From the NCBI GenBank assembly GCA_951406725.2, contig OX597815.1:107694001-107758000 (forward strand): a stretch of 64,000 nucleotides of DNA, given 5' to 3'. Shown piece by piece: positions 37,690 through 52,529 of this stretch. Position 1 is the first letter of the stretch. The number at the start of each line of letters is the position of its first letter. The position numbers and the translations under genes were made by a program. The notes beneath the pieces are model-generated. The model saw nothing but the letters and a program-made list of their open reading frames with translations, had not been told where the DNA came from and made no database searches. Source of the stretch: Octopus vulgaris. Taxonomy: Eukaryota.

Positions 37690-40017
37690 TATGTATATAT
37701 ATTATATATAAATACTTATATAAATGCAACACGCATACATACATATATATGTACATATATATTCATATATATTTACTTATACAATGCACACATACTCACA
37801 CACCCTCATTAATAAACAAAAAAACAGGCAAAATTTCTTATTTTATTTTAAATTAAAAATATAAAATGGAAATAAAAATCAAGGTTTATTATAATTTAAT
37901 TATTATTGTCACAGGATTTTAATTTTTAAAATTTATTTTAAAAAAATGGTTTTGCTCTATTCATATTTCATTATTTCCATTATTTTTTCCTTTATGTGAA
38001 TTTTGTTATTTTCATTTCCATTTTTAAAAGTATTTGTGAGCAAATTTCTTTTTCCATTATGGGATCTTTTTAAAAATTGATTTTTGGTAATTAGATACTG
38101 CAATTTCTTTATCTATTTTAGGCCAAAAGGCTTCCACTTGAGGAAGTAAAAAAACACTTGTTACTTTCCAAGATGGCAAGGATTATTTTAATTCATGACG
38201 AAATTCATAACTGATTCTTCTTACTGTTGGGGTAATTTGAGAAATAACACAAAGAATATGTAAGATTGTATTGTAAAAAAAAAATTTTAAATGGTCAGAT
38301 TTGAAATAACTGCAAAATTATAAAAGAATATAGGAGTTTAAAAAAGAAAGAAGCATTCCATTAATTGAGAAAAAATGGTCAACTGATAGAAAGAAAAAGA
38401 ATTAAGAACTGTGTCTTGGATAACCAGAGACTGAATCTTGACTGTATTGAAGAGATAAGAGAAACTTCACAAAATTAACCTCTATATACTGGAAATGGCA
38501 TCATTACATTGTGGATCAATTTCAAAGCTGATGAGCCAATGCTAGAGCCTCTCGGTGGTCACTTTATATCTGAGAAATAGCAGCAAATTCTTTCTAAAAT
38601 TAAACTCTTCTATCTTAAAAAGAAAAAAAAAAATGGATTTACACACTAAAGAATGTAGGTTGAGATATAATACAGTGGTGGAAAAGAAAAAAATATGGAT
38701 GGCAGACATGCTGGGGCAATGCCTTGAAGGTTTAATCAGATAAATTGATTCCAGTACTTACTTTTTAAGTCTAATACTTATTCTGTTGGTGTCTTCTGTA
38801 GAACTGCTAAGTTATGGAGACATTAATAAACTAATACTGTTTATCAAGTGGTAGTTGGACACACACACACACACACACACAATGGGTTTCTACACAGTTT
38901 CCAACTCCCAAATTCACTCAAAAGGTAATGTGCCATACAGTGGGACTGAACCCCAAACCACATGTTCGCAAAGTGTCTGTGTTCATAACCATGCATATGG
39001 TCACAATTTGAACACATTTGATCATAGGTCTGATGGATCAAGGCAAGCCTTGGGTTAAACACAATATCTGTAAATGCTATTAGAAGCTTCTTGAAGAAGC
39101 TGAAGCACAGCAATTTCATGAACTTTACATAGGAGAATGTTTTACGCTTTGAAATAAGTGCCATTCTCACAGTTGAATCATTCACTGTAAGAAAGGCATG
39201 CAAAAGTAAAAAGAATTTTCTATAACTCTAATAGAAATACAGAGATTTGTATGTCCAAAGAACTGTTACTAACATGAAAAATATACTTTTTAAAATTTCT
39301 AAAATAAAATGTATAACATATAAGCTTTTTATCTTTGTTTTATTAATATATTTTAGTGAGTGCATGCAGGATAGCAAATAGAGAGATAGACAGATAAATA
39401 TATAGAAAGAGATAGAAGAAGTAAGATAGAGATTTTTATGAACAAATGTATAGATTTACAATATACATGCTTTACTGACTATGCCCATATTTAAATTCAC
39501 ATACACATATTCATACTTATAAATTTTACAATATGCACCCTCTCCACCCCACACATCTGGACATACAACTATGCAAATTCTAGTTATGTTATCTATAAGA
39601 AAGAATCAGTCAGACATTCAATACAAATATGTTATGTCCTACAAGCACAGATATAAAGTACATTGACCTTCTAACATATAACTATATACATTTGTACACA
39701 TAGACACATGCATAAACACACACATTTATATATGCAAACATAACCACACTCACACATGGACAGACATATATATCCAAATACTTACAAATACATGTATACA
39801 TGTACATTAACATGGATATACACATACACAAACACATATGCATGTGTGTGAGTATGTATATGTGTGCTTATATATATATAGGTATATGTACACACACACA
39901 CACATACATGTAATATATTAATGGGATACTTTTCTTTTTTAAATCTTTTATTCTTTTATCATTTTGCAGATGTTTCAAGTATTTCCATTTTTTTAATACA
40001 ATCTTATATATATATAT

Positions 40018-40429
40018 AGATGTAACTGTGTGGTAAGAAGCTTGCTTTCTAACCACATAGTTCCCGGTTCAGTCCCACTGCATGGTACATTGGGCAAGTG
40101 TCTTCTGTTACTGTTTTGGGCCTACTAAAGCCTTGTGAGTGGATTTGGTATATGAAAATTGAAAGAAGCCCATTGTATATATATATATATTTATATCTAT
40201 GTATGTGTGTCTTTGTGCATGTGTTTGTCCCTCATCACTGCCTGACAACTGGTGTTGGTGTGTTTATGTCCCCATAACTTAGCAGTTTAGCAGAAGAAAC
40301 AAATAGAATAAGTACTAGGCTTAAGAAATAAACCTTGGAGTTAATTTGTTTGATTAAACCCTTCAAGGTGGTGCTCCGATATGGCTGCATGGCTGCAGTC
40401 AAATGACTGAAACAAGTAAAAGAATGAAG

Positions 40430-40430
<1 letters not shown>
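40018..40430 (+). mobile_element. tRNA-derived SINE, family A
   Basis: CTGTGTGGTAAGAAGCTTGC...GGTTCAGTCCC...GACTGAAACAAGTAAAAGAA. Confidence 0.8.
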
Positions 40431-40478
<48 letters not shown>

Positions 40479-40575
40479 TAATCCAAACAAGAAAGCACAA
40501 AAAAAACACAACAACGCGAGGACGTGGAACAAATATAGTATTATTGGACGCTCAGGAAAGAAGGAAAGAAGGAGG

Positions 40576-40610
40576 GTTTAACGTTTCAAGCGGAGCTCTT
40601 CGTCAGAAAC
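40576..40610 (-). ncRNA. Minimal type I hammerhead motif, same family as 7245-7279, within repeat 40473-40680
   Basis: GUUU-CUGACGA-A-GAGC-UCC-GCUU-GAA-ACGU-U-AAAC; the closing G-C pair of stem II is G-U here. Confidence 0.7.
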
Positions 40611-41154
40611 ATAGGAGAAGGAAAGATCCAGAGAAAGGAAGACAGAGGAAAAAAAATTGCCAACGGTACACACACGATCGCTGAAGCTGTGGGAATGTGC
40701 ATTTGTACATGCAAGTACATCAGGAATGTGGTTTACAAGGCTGCGCTCCTCTAGCTTTTCCATATCCTTGAACATCTCATAAAGTAAGTTAGCTTAAAAT
40801 TAGTTACTTAGTTCCCTGGGTTGTTGCTTTCCATCAAAAATTGCCCCAAGTTGATTTCCTACATGTTTTATCGGATAAACTTATTATTGTCCCAGGTACG
40901 TTCTCATAAATTCATCATGCTTTTCCATTGAGATTTACCTCCAGCTAACCCATTTGCATGCATTGGTTTTGTCCTGCTTTTCTTCCATCAACCTGTACAT
41001 AACTGCCATTTACTTAAAGGCAGTTAAATCAGTGTTTCTCAAATCAGTGTTTCTCAAAGGAGAGGCCTATGGGATGGTCGGACAAGTTGTTTTGAGAAAA
41101 TTTGGTTTAAATGTTTGACAACTCAGCACCGTCAATTGGACAGGGGGCATTTTG

Positions 41155-41198
<44 letters not shown>

Positions 41199-41859
41199 CC
41201 ATAAATGGTGCTCCAGCATGGCTGCAATCAAATGACTGAAATATGTAAAATATATATAATGACATTGACAAACCAATTCTTTAAAACTATTAATGTATTT
41301 TACTCCCATCACATTTTACATGATACAATGAACCTTTCACTACTTCCAACAAAATGGAGAGATGTTCAGGCACAGTTGCAGTTCAGGCAACTGAAATACT
41401 GGACTCTCTTACAAGCCAATTAATAATTCTGAATAAAATCCCATCCATAGAAAATGTGGAGTACACAAACTGCAGGCATGGCTATGTGGTAAGAAGCAAG
41501 CTTTCCAACCACATGGCTCTGGGTTCAGTCACACTACTATAGAAATTGATGAAGCCAAACATCACCAGAAACTCTCCTTTTCCTTGTCTGGAGTAAAGCT
41601 TTAGGGTTGCAACTGTCAATGTGTAGATATGATGAAAGGTATATCTCACAGGCAAAGAATACATGTACAAATCTTTCTGGGTGTCTTGGAGTAGATGTGC
41701 ATAAGCATGGGAACAAAATTTGCTTAGGGGTGCAAACCCAGGTCCAATCCAAGATGTTCAATGCATTTCATTGCTCTCCTAAAATTTTAGGGAGTGCAAG
41801 TGCATCCCATGCATTCCTTATTCCTGAGTCTACGTAGACATGCTTAGATAGAGAAATGG

Positions 41860-43910
41860 ATAGAAAAAATAATTGAGATAGTCTGATGAAGTGACAGAAC
41901 AGTTAAGTTTAGACTATTCAAAGGCAAAAATGCTGTAACAGTAGTTTCTAAATATATACCACAAACAGGACAGACACTGGAGCAAAAGAACCATTTCTTT
42001 GAGGTCCACTTGCTGACTATCTTGATAACAAATGTCAGGACCTCATTATCATGGCTGGTTACTTTGATGGATATATTAGGCAACTCCATGATGTCTATTC
42101 CAATTTATATAGTTGCTATGGTCATGGTATACTGAATGAAGTAGGGTCAAAGTTCTTAGAGCTTTATGGTGAACTATTTGCAGCATTAACTTTAGGAAAT
42201 TGACAAATCAGATGATCACATACAGCTCTGGTAAACATATTAGCCATATTGTCTTCATACACATCAAGAAATGAAACAGACACATAGCTGTGAATACTAA
42301 GTCTTCATGTGCTGAAGAATGTGCCATTCAACTGGTCATTAGTGATGTCAAACTGAAAAGTAAATGAGCCAGAAATATAAGACAATCTGGAGAAGAAAAA
42401 GTATGGAATCCAAAACGTCTCTTGGCCAGGCATTGATTCAAAGACATGTTAGGTGATGCATATGTTGTAAAAGAATAAGTGGAAATCTATGAAGTATATT
42501 ATAAATATTTTATATCTTATATTATATATATATATTATGTTATATATATATATATTATATTATATACTATATAATATATATATTATATTATATATATTAT
42601 CAACAGAATATTTATCTCTCTGACCTTGACCATGCTGATAATCTTTTCCTTGCAGCTCATTCGATGTGCCAAACTTGTAAACTCCATTCAGAATGTTGCA
42701 ATCAAAATCAGTCTGTTTCTCAATGTAAAGAAGAATGAATGAACATGAAAAAGAAAACCACCTGCCAATTTTTTCCAGTGATGGCACACAACCCAAGTAC
42801 CTCATGTCCAATATTGCTGACAGCAAGAACATTTTCTAAAATTTAAAGGAGTGACTGGAGTACCTGTAACAAGTTGTAAAAGATTTAGCAATCAAGTATT
42901 TCAATGTTAACCAAGCTTGCCCTTTTCAGGGCATGTGTAGAAAGCATTCTTCACTGTGGAGCAGCAGCCTGGAATATGAAAGAGTTGTAAGATTGCCTTC
43001 ATGTTACATATGGTAAGCTTCCACTGGGGCTCAAAACATCTCATTATGTGAATACAAGATCTAAGAGAAGATTTCCCAACACATTCCACTCATTTCTACT
43101 GTAGCTGATCAATGGGGATAGGCTTTGCTGGCCCCAGCTATTGTGCCAAAAAACTTGACTATATTAGATATATTTTAGAGACTTCCCCACTCTAATAGAG
43201 ACAAAGACCACATAACTACACTGATGTTGTTATTCTCAAAGATACACAACTTAAAATCAAGGACCTACCAAAACTAGTGGAGATCCCCAGCATGGAATGG
43301 TGAATTCTTCTTGGTTATGACTGCTTGAAGAAGAGAAATAACTCTCCAGGTTATGATAAGAAAGTTTAGACTGTCTCTCAATGAAACTCTAGTTTGACAG
43401 TGACCTAGATTAATCTGGTACTCAACGGATTTAGAGAAGAAATACAAAACAAACTAGCAAAGCCTAGTATCTTTAGCTCACAAAATAAAACTAGTACAGA
43501 CAAAAGATTTAGGAGATAGAATTCTACTGGTATTTGGAAAGTGGCCACATTCAATATATGGAAAAAGGATAAGCTGCAATTCCATATGATGTACTCAATG
43601 CATTGGAATAGCAGGCAAGCTGACAGTGTAAGATGACTTCCTGAGTAACAGAAGTACAGGGCTAATGAGCAGAAAGAGTGCTCAGGAAGAAATTCTTCCA
43701 AACATTTTGAAGACTCCCCAGAAGTTGATAACTTTCAATGTTACCTAGGTGACACAATTAGTAGTGAAGGTGAATGCTCTGAAAGTATAGTAGTCAGAAT
43801 AAGAATGGTTGGGGAGTTCCTGAGTAGGGTAGAAGTTCCAGGGGTGAGCTGTTACTTTTGCTAGAAATAAAGGGATTCTATCTCAGATTGAAGAACAGAC
43901 TGTAATAGTA
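41860..43910 (+). mobile_element. Decayed RTE LINE remnants (APE endonuclease ~41860-42470, RT end ~43200-43910) around an RTE-X-like fragment (~42620-43180)
   Basis: TVVSKYIPQTGQTLEQKNHF (SAYAPQ.G...EK..F), YLGDTISSEGECSESIVVRI; nested KLALFRACVESILHCGAAAW (RTE-X-type LF.A.VESILLYG.E.W). Confidence 0.55.
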
Positions 43911-45944
43911 CCAAATGTACTGTTGGAATGTACCAAACAATCAGAATTGAATGAATAGAATGAACAGAAAGGCTAGAAATAAATTATACCAACATGCTTT
44001 TTTAGATGAGTAATGTTGGTGAGCTTGAAGACCCATCCAACCCATGCAGGCATGGAAAACTGGATGTAAAAATTCTGTTGCTGCTTTTGATGATGATGAT
44101 GATGATGTGTATGTACATATAACAGTGATGTAGATGATTTCATTTAAATTGACACAACTGGTATTGGTTTTATATGTGTGGTTGGCATTTAATGTATGTG
44201 TGTGTACACCCATGTGTTTACACATGTGCTTATGTGTGTATGTATGTGCGTGTGGGTGCATGTGTGTGTGTGTGTGTGTGTCTGTGTCTGTGTATGTGCG
44301 TAAAATAAATCTACTTAGTGTCTGCAAGTAACACATAATCTGCATGTTATTTGACATTTTATGTTCTGGAAACATTTTCAAGAAAAAAGAAAATTATAGC
44401 ATTGTTAAATGCGAAGAAGACACTTGTATGTATGGAAGCATAGAATGGAAAATATTTTCTATGAAAACACAGTAGGTAATTTTTACTTTGATTAAAATGT
44501 TTGAGGAGGAAATGAAAATTTGTAGAAGAAAGTGGAAAGAAAAAAGGTAAAAATTGACAAAAAGGGAGAGAATAAACTTTGATACAACAAATGCTGTAAC
44601 AAAAAAAAAAAAAATCTAGAAACTATCAAAGAGAGTCAACAATACCATTCTTACAATAAATACAGAAAAAAATGAGCAGTAAACAATAACAATAAGAAAA
44701 AGTAAAGTAAATGACTTTGAATTTAAAACTGTGATATAAATAATGACTCCATGTTCAAGCTAAGTCAGGATATATGTTTATACGTAGGAAGAAGTCACCT
44801 GAAGATGGCAAGAAGAGGAACTGATTGAAATAGAGTAAAACAATAAAACATATCATCCTTTGTTTCAGTTCGTTTTCGATGGTTGGCAATAGTTGTTTGT
44901 TTACTGTTAACTTTTATTTGTTAACTACAAGCTGAATGCAAGCAGTGGAAATACACAAATGACTAGACGGTAAGTAACTGTGAAAATAACTGTTATTCTT
45001 AGATGTTGATATAAATTTGTTTCAAGGCTATAAAATGGAGCTGAAGCATGAGTAAATGAGCAAAATGTGTTACCAAAATCAATCGAGCAAGTGCAACTAA
45101 AGTTATATTTCCTGCACAGAATTCAACAGTAAATATACAGAGGCAAATGTGCATAAAAAATGACAACAAAACACTGGTCATTGATTTTTCTCAAAATTTT
45201 CATAGTCGTGGCCAACAAGAGTAAAGCATCTTACATACATATGTAACATATGTATTTTGGTTGTGTCTTATAGACCAAGGAAAATATTATTGTATGAAAC
45301 CCTAGTCTGTGAAGATCAAACTGCAAATTACAACATAAATTTTGAGTGATGTTAGGAAAGTCAGTGTGCAAAGTTTGGGCAGATGTATTTTTGTTGTGAT
45401 TTTCACAGGCCATATTTGAAAATGAATGATTCACTTCTCAAAATTCATTTCTTTATTCCTAATCCCTGAATATAAAATATTCCTTTCAGTTTCAACTTCT
45501 TCAGCCTTCTGGGATTCAAGAGGTATTCGATATTATTTCTAATGTTGATCTTCTGTCTCTTCATTAGGTGATACTGTTTATGAAAGCCATCTACCAATTA
45601 GCAATAAAGAATCTATCTGGGAAATCTGATACTTTCATACATACAATGCACCCCTTTCTTTAGAATTCTTCTACATCAAGATCTTTACTTATTTACTAAT
45701 ACAGCCAACTATCTGTTGGACTTTCTGATTGGTGGTATCATCATACAGTTGCACCTATGTGGAATCACTACTGGTGATATGGTTACAGTTTATTGCCCCG
45801 AAGTTGTAGTTGTGATAGAAATAATACAGCCTCACAGATTTTAAGTTTTGTGTAGAGGTAGTGAAGTAGAACACTGATGTAGGATTTATAGATGGCCTGG
45901 CTGGTTGTCTGAATTGTTTCAATCACTGAAGCAAGGAAGCAAGG

Positions 45945-46633
45945 TCTAGAATTGAAGGGCCTTAGGGATGAAAGGTAGACTGTATGATGCATGTGTATGA
46001 ACTGCCATGCTACACGGCAGTGAAACATGGGCCATAATTGCTGAAGACATGCATAGGCTTGAAAGAAATGAAAGTAGTATGATCTGCTGGGTGTGTAATG
46101 TCAGTGTAAGTGCCCTGAGAGAAAAGTTGGGCATAAGAAGCATCAAATGTGGTGTGCAAGAGAGATGACTGTGATGGTATAGTCATGTGTTATGTATGGA
46201 TGAGGACAGTTGTGTGAGGAAGTGCCACTCCCTGACTGGCTCCTGTGCTGGTAGCATGTAAAAAGCACTATCTGAATGTGATCAACATCAGGACTGCCCC
46301 CACCCATGCCGGTGGCACATAAAAAGCATCATCTGAACGTGGCTGATGCCAGTACCTACTGCCTGGCTCCCATGCCAGTGACATGTAAAAAGCACTATCC
46401 AAACGTGATCGATGCCAGGCCTGCCTGAGTGACTCCTGTGCTTCTGGCATCATAAAAAGCACCCACTACACTCTTGGAGTGGTTGGTGTTAGGAAGGGAA
46501 TCCAGCTGTAGAAACATTGCCAGATCAGATTGGAGCCTGTTGCAGCCTCTGGCTCTCCAGACCTCAGTCAAACCGTCCAACCCATGCCAGCATTGAAAAC
46601 GGATGTTAAACAATGATGATGATGATGATGATG
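45945..46633 (+). mobile_element. RTE LINE 3' fragment with UTR repeats and (GAT)n tail
   Basis: KGRLYDACV*TAMLHGSETWAIIAEDMHRLERNE..., then UTR repeats and terminal module. Confidence 0.8.
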
Positions 46634-46943
46634 ACTGAGGTTAGAGGTCAACCACTTGGGAATGGTACTCCATGATTTCTAGATTGCTCACTAATCTCAG
46701 GAGCATGCTTTTAATGGTGCTACATAGCTATGGAAGAATACATTCTCATGATGATAGGACGATAGAAGAGCTAATGGCTATTAAGATTTGTCAAATTTGC
46801 TCAAAATAACACAGTGATTGATCTTTTGATTTGCTATACAAGCATAGTCCTCATTAAAAAGTAAATGAAGAATAAATTTCTGCAGCATCCTAGTCTCCAC
46901 TACATATCCTTGTAGACTGAACAGTAAATATCTCAGCAATGTT

Positions 46944-47038
<95 letters not shown>

Positions 47039-47122
47039 GCTAGCTAGCTAGCTGTCTGCCTGTCTGTCTGTTTGCCTGCCTGCCTGCCTGCCTGTCTGTC
47101 TGTCCATCCATCCGTCCATCCA

Positions 47123-47189
<67 letters not shown>

Positions 47190-49758
47190 GTCTATCTGTG
47201 TATGTGTATATGTATGTACATGTGTGTGTATGTGTGTATATGTATGCACGTATGGAGATGTGTATGTGTGTGCGCGTGTGTACATGTATGCGTGTGATCA
47301 TAAAATATTGTAAAATGATAGTAAAGATTTCTTGTTTAGCTGATTTATGTTGTATGAATAAGGAAATAGAACGTTTTAAAATACCTTACTTAGCTCAAGT
47401 TTTTTTAAAGTAAGCTGTCATCATCATTTAATGCCAGTCTTACTTGCTGTTATTGACTGGACAATTTCACAGGATCCAATGAACTGCTCAGCTGTCAGGC
47501 TCAGGTGTCAGCTTTGGCCTAATTTCTACAGGTGGATGTTTTTCCCAATGTCAGCCATTTTACAGTGTGTACTGGTGCTTTTTTTTTGTGACACTGGTAC
47601 ATGTGAAGTTGTCAAGTAATTTGCAAGACAATGGAAAGAAAAGAAAGGAAAAGGCCTCCTCAGCTGAGTGGGAGTGTATTTGAGAGAGAGGGGGTGGTGG
47701 CTGGGGTTGGTTTAGGTCTCTGCATTCATCATTATCTACACAAAGAGAACAGGTGAGAGCATGCATCCTTGTTGCATGCTACTGATGGATATAGAAGTCT
47801 TCAGTGAGTTCATACTAGGAGAGAATTTTTACTGCTATGTTATAATTGTATAGCTAGATCATTATTATGAAATTCTTGGGGGCAGTTTTGCTTTCTGGGG
47901 ATAATTCATTGCCTCTGAGAAACCAAAATCTTTGGAATGATCTATGTAGATAACATAAATATTTGTCTTTTATTCATTGCATCTTTCCTGCACCAGTCTA
48001 GCTGTGTCCATCCATGTTCATTATACTTTGATCAGGTTGAAACATAACATTGTAACTTAGAGTTATTTTTGTGAGATTATTGATGGTAAGAGTTAGGGAT
48101 TTTTTTAGTTATAGACAGTAATGAAACACATGCTACTTTATTCCAGCCAAACATGGCTATGTTAGTGCTTCAGATGTCTAATGATATCTCAGTTTCTTCC
48201 TTGATATTAGTTAAAGTGTGAAGTATTTCCAATGTTTTTATGTTAGTTTGGAATATATATTCCAGAAAACATTCTACCTTTAAAATATGTTTTGCTGCAG
48301 CTTATCTGTTTTATGGTTTTTGGAACTTCATCTATAGACAGAAATATGCTGAGTTTATATGTAAGTTGGAAACTTGGATACTTTTTCTATGTATATCCTG
48401 GTTTTAGAGAAGATACACTACATCACTGAGTGTCATAAGAAGTGACTAAAAGGGCTAGTAATCAGAAAGGTATCTGGCCATTAATGACTGCCTCAGTAAA
48501 ACCGTCCAACCCATGCCAACTTGGAAAAACAGATGTAAAAAAAACTGATAGGGATGATTGCCGAGAGATTTCTTCCAGTATCAACTATTTTCAATTGAAA
48601 ATCTAGCTGAAGTATTCATTCCACCTGTTGTTGGTCACTGTGACTCTTCCTGGCTGCCAGCAGAGTAAAATTTTGGGATCCAAATTGGATTTTATTCAGA
48701 AGAGGAATTTATGTAGTTTTCTTTAGGGAAGCTTTATGTTTTCCTTTTTTTCTTTATTTACCAATTGTTTTGCAACTTTTAGATTTCCTACTGGAGTGAG
48801 GTCTGAAAGAACACAAGTCCCTTTTTTCTCAGGGATGGGGCTTGAGTAAGTTTTACATTTCATAAATGCTTTAATTTATTATAGAGCCTCCAAGACTGGT
48901 GGTATGGAGGGAGAAAGCTATCCTCAGGCAGATACCCCAAACTGAAAATTGTTCTGAATTCTTGCAACAGAGTTGAACTGCTGAAGTCACTCAAAGTGCC
49001 TGGTGGTAATGTTAAACTAAGTGATAGGCAAAGTCTACCACTCAAGTATGCCATGGAAGGATCTGCATCCAGAAAGAAAGAGCTGGAAAAATACCACAAG
49101 GCTTCTGGTCGAATGTTCTTATAGTTTCACCAAGTCAAACATCTTAGATTTGTTACATTTTTATTAATCTCAAAAGAAGGAAAGGTAAATATGACCTTCA
49201 TGGAATTTGAACTCAGAGTGCTGAGTGTTGGAACAAATATCATGAAACATTCTGTCCGATGCTCTATTAACCAAAACAGCTTAGTTTTAGTCCCTTGTAA
49301 ACCATTCATAAACCATTCTTAAAACTTCTTCAGAATTCTTAGATATTGCAGTTTAAGATAAGCATACTGTAACCAGTTTTATTCAAAAATATTGCAGCTT
49401 CTAGATATAAATATTTGATTTTAAAATGCAGCCTTAGCATTCAACCATGTTAGTGCAGAGAAGTGAGAGAAAAACAAGTTCTTGCTGTGTGGAAGTTATG
49501 TCATAACATTTCTTTAGCAATAATCATATATCCCCCAATGAGAATTTGTTCCAAAACATTACTGACATGTGAAACCAGAAAAATACAACCTATATGATTA
49601 TGCTATCTGCTCTGCTTTAACTGTCATATAATGGGGTTCTTCTTGAGAAATTGTGGAGTTTGACTTTGAAACAGTTCTGCTACTAGAGATCAATAAATTC
49701 TTGTAAATCAGGGCTTGGTAAAGATTTTTGGTTGTCTTAGAGAATTTTGCATTATCTA

Positions 49759-49813
<55 letters not shown>

Positions 49814-49843
49814 ATATGTATATATATATATATATGTATAAAC

Positions 49844-49892
<49 letters not shown>

Positions 49893-50412
49893 GTGTGTGT
49901 ACATATATATATGTGTGTGTGTGCGAGTGTATATATAATTTCGATATTTTGGATGATTGTTACTATTGTATTATTATGTTTTCAATATTGAAGAAGCCAG
50001 TGGGTTGAGAAATCTGCATGTCCTCCATTGAGCAAATGAAAATGCTATTGTGCAAGTATTTTAGTATTTTCTATAGACTGTGTGTATCTGTGATGAGTGA
50101 ACAAATGCTTTTATACAATAGATTTTTTTAAAAAATGAACTGAAGCTGTCTTCTTTGCAGCGTACAATAAAAAAATAAAATAAAAAAAACTTCTAAATAA
50201 TTTTATGCTTTATATAGCCAAGCAGCCTTGGTTTATTTTAGTGCCTGTTCTTGTCAAGAACATATGTGGTGTAAATTTGATATCTGTGTTTGTTCGTTTG
50301 TATATGATTATATTTCAGAATATTTATGTTCATGTGAAGTCCATATATTTCATTCTGTTCAGTCATTTTCAGTCCTTAACTCAACACTGTCTCAATATGT
50401 CATTGCTCATAT

Positions 50413-50620
50413 GAGGTGGTGAGCTGACAGAATCGTTAACATGGTGGCATTTCTCCCAACCTTTTATGCTTTGAGTTTCAGTTCTTCTGAGGTTGACTTT
50501 ACTTTTCACCCTTTCGGGGGTTGATAAAATAAGTACCATTTGAAAACTGGGATCAATGTAATTGACATACCCACTCTCTGAAACTTGCTGGCCTTGTACC
50601 AAAATTCGAAACCAATATGT
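50413..50620 (+). mobile_element. tRNA-derived SINE, family B
   Basis: GGTGGTGAGCTGACAGAATCGTTAAC...TTTCACCCTTTCGGGGTTGATAAAATAAGTACC. Confidence 0.75.
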
Positions 50621-50703
50621 CATTCAGTTTTCTATTTAAAAGATGAGGAATTATATACATTATTTACATTTGATGGATATTTGTCCTCATCTTGTTTGTT
50701 GTT

Positions 50704-50749
50704 AACACAACGTTTCAGCTGATATACCCTCCAGCCTTCATTAGGTGTC
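50704..50749 (-). ncRNA. Hammerhead motif with a G5-to-A core change (probably inactive)
   Basis: GACAC-CUAAUGA-A-GGCUGG-aggguaua-UCAGCU-GAA-ACGU-U-GUGUU. Confidence 0.6.
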
Positions 50750-50857
50750 TTGGGGAAATTTCGAACCTGGGCTCTCATTCCTAAGGTATTTTTCGATCTT
50801 CTTTTTCTTCTTCTTCTTCTTCTTCTTATTATTATCATCTTTTTTTTCTTCTTCTTT

Positions 50858-51306
50858 CAAATTTGCTTCCATTTCTTGTCGAGTGTTTTCCTGACTCTTA
50901 GGGCAAAGAAACTCATAGTATATATTGGTAGGCCATTAAACTAAACTCACTAGTTCGTTCTTTTTTTTTTTGTTGTTAAAGTTAAATTAAAATACATGGG
51001 TAGTAATAGTTCTCACATCGACAATGCTCTTCTCAATACGTGTGATGTACCAGTTAAGACAATCTTTTGCACTTCTTGTAGGGATGGTAAGCCAGGGATC
51101 ATTCTCATATAATTTTCGGTTCCCTTCTTGATCATTCCTAGTGCTCCTATGATCACTGGTATTGTAACTGCCTTGAGATGCCACATTTTCTCAATTTCAA
51201 TGAGCAGGTCTTTATATTTTCTGAGCTTGTCAAACTCTTTCGCCGAGATATTATGATCACAGGAGATGCTCATGTCGATCAATAAGCAAACTTTATTGTT
51301 TTGGTC
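50858..51306 (-). mobile_element. 5'-truncated R4/Dong-clade LINE end (RLE C-terminus + 3' UTR) in an (AAT/AAG)n tract
   Basis: ORF 51013..51396 core DQNNKVCLLIDMSISCDHNISAKEFDKLRKYKDL...VTIPVIIGALGMI...QKIVLTGTSHVLRRAL; flanked by TTC/TTA repeats. Confidence 0.85.
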
Positions 51307-51400
51307 TTTCTTCTTCTTCATTTTTTTTCTTCTTCTTATTATTATTGGTATTATTATTATTATTGTTATTATTATTATTATCATCATCATCATCATTATT

Positions 51401-51475
51401 CAGGTCACTGCCTGGAATTGGACTCGGAATCTTGGGGTTAGTAGCCTGTGCTCTTAACCACTATGCTGTATGCCT
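51401..51475 (-). mobile_element. tRNA-derived (Pol III) head of a short element
   Basis: Minus strand GCATAGTGGTTAAGAGC (A box)...GAGTCCAATTCC (B-box-like); not a complete cloverleaf. Confidence 0.6.
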
Positions 51476-52378
51476 GTGGGCATAAATAATGATTTGTTGA
51501 CTGAGGAAATGACAACAATGTCCACAGCTTGTAGAAATGCAAATGTACACATGCACACATGCACACGCACACACACATACACACACACACACACAACACA
51601 CACATACAAAGCATACACACATGCACACACACACATACAAACACACACACACACACATGCACACACAGATATGCAACTTGCATAAACACATGCACACACA
51701 CACAATTACGACCAGCTATTTTTCATTTTCCATCTACCAGATCCACTCACAAAGCCTTGGTTGGCCCAGGGCTATAAGGAAAAACACTTACCCAAGGTGC
51801 AACTGAACCTGAAATCTCATGGCAGTGAAGCAAACATCCTAATCACGTGGCCATGCCTGTGAGCAAACATTTTAGTACAAAGATTTGCTACCTTCCATTT
51901 TAGAAAATCCTTCTTAATTTATAACACAAATCATTCCCATTAAACTTCTTTATACTGAACCATTAATTCACTTTTACTGCTGCTACTTTTATCCTTATTC
52001 CACAGACTAAAACCTGTCCAACTTCAACATCTCTCATCTTGTAGAAGTTATAATATTTCTGGGAAAATTTCCAATGTCATTATTTTGAATTGCCAAATCA
52101 ATTTATGTTCTATCTTCTCAAAGATATCCTCAAGTCTCATGACTATTTGTTGGACTATTCTTTGGTAAAATGGTCTTATATGAGCCACCAGTTGGTCAAT
52201 GCTGAGCATACAACTGTACAGACATATACAGGCTTGGGCAGGATTTTTTTTAGGAAGGCTTACAGTTATCTCTAGAAGTAGATCTCTGATCTTCACAATA
52301 CCAATTTGAATGTAGGAACTTTATTCTTCTAAATTAGCTGTATAACACTAAGAAGAAAATATAATTTAAAAATAAAAT

Positions 52379-52414
<36 letters not shown>

Positions 52415-52464
52415 AGATTAATTACTCTAATGAAACACACACATGTATCTATAGATTTCTCTCC

Positions 52465-52528
<64 letters not shown>

Positions 52529-52529
<1 letters not shown>

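Noticed and set aside
39130-39200. Strong minus-strand acceptor (TTTCTTACAG) and possible short exon VNDSTVRMALISKRKTFSY
   Set aside because: Weak donor and no recognisable protein similarity.
44795-44850. CTGAAGA...GAAA followed by AATAAA
   Set aside because: Stems I-III do not pair.
48560-49110. Minus-strand NRWNEYF motif and ORF 48860..49099; similar traces at ~51900-52330
   Set aside because: Probably very old RTE debris, too decayed to delimit; not a host exon.
51401-51475. Possible tRNA gene
   Set aside because: The acceptor and anticodon stems do not pair; it is better explained as a SINE-type head.
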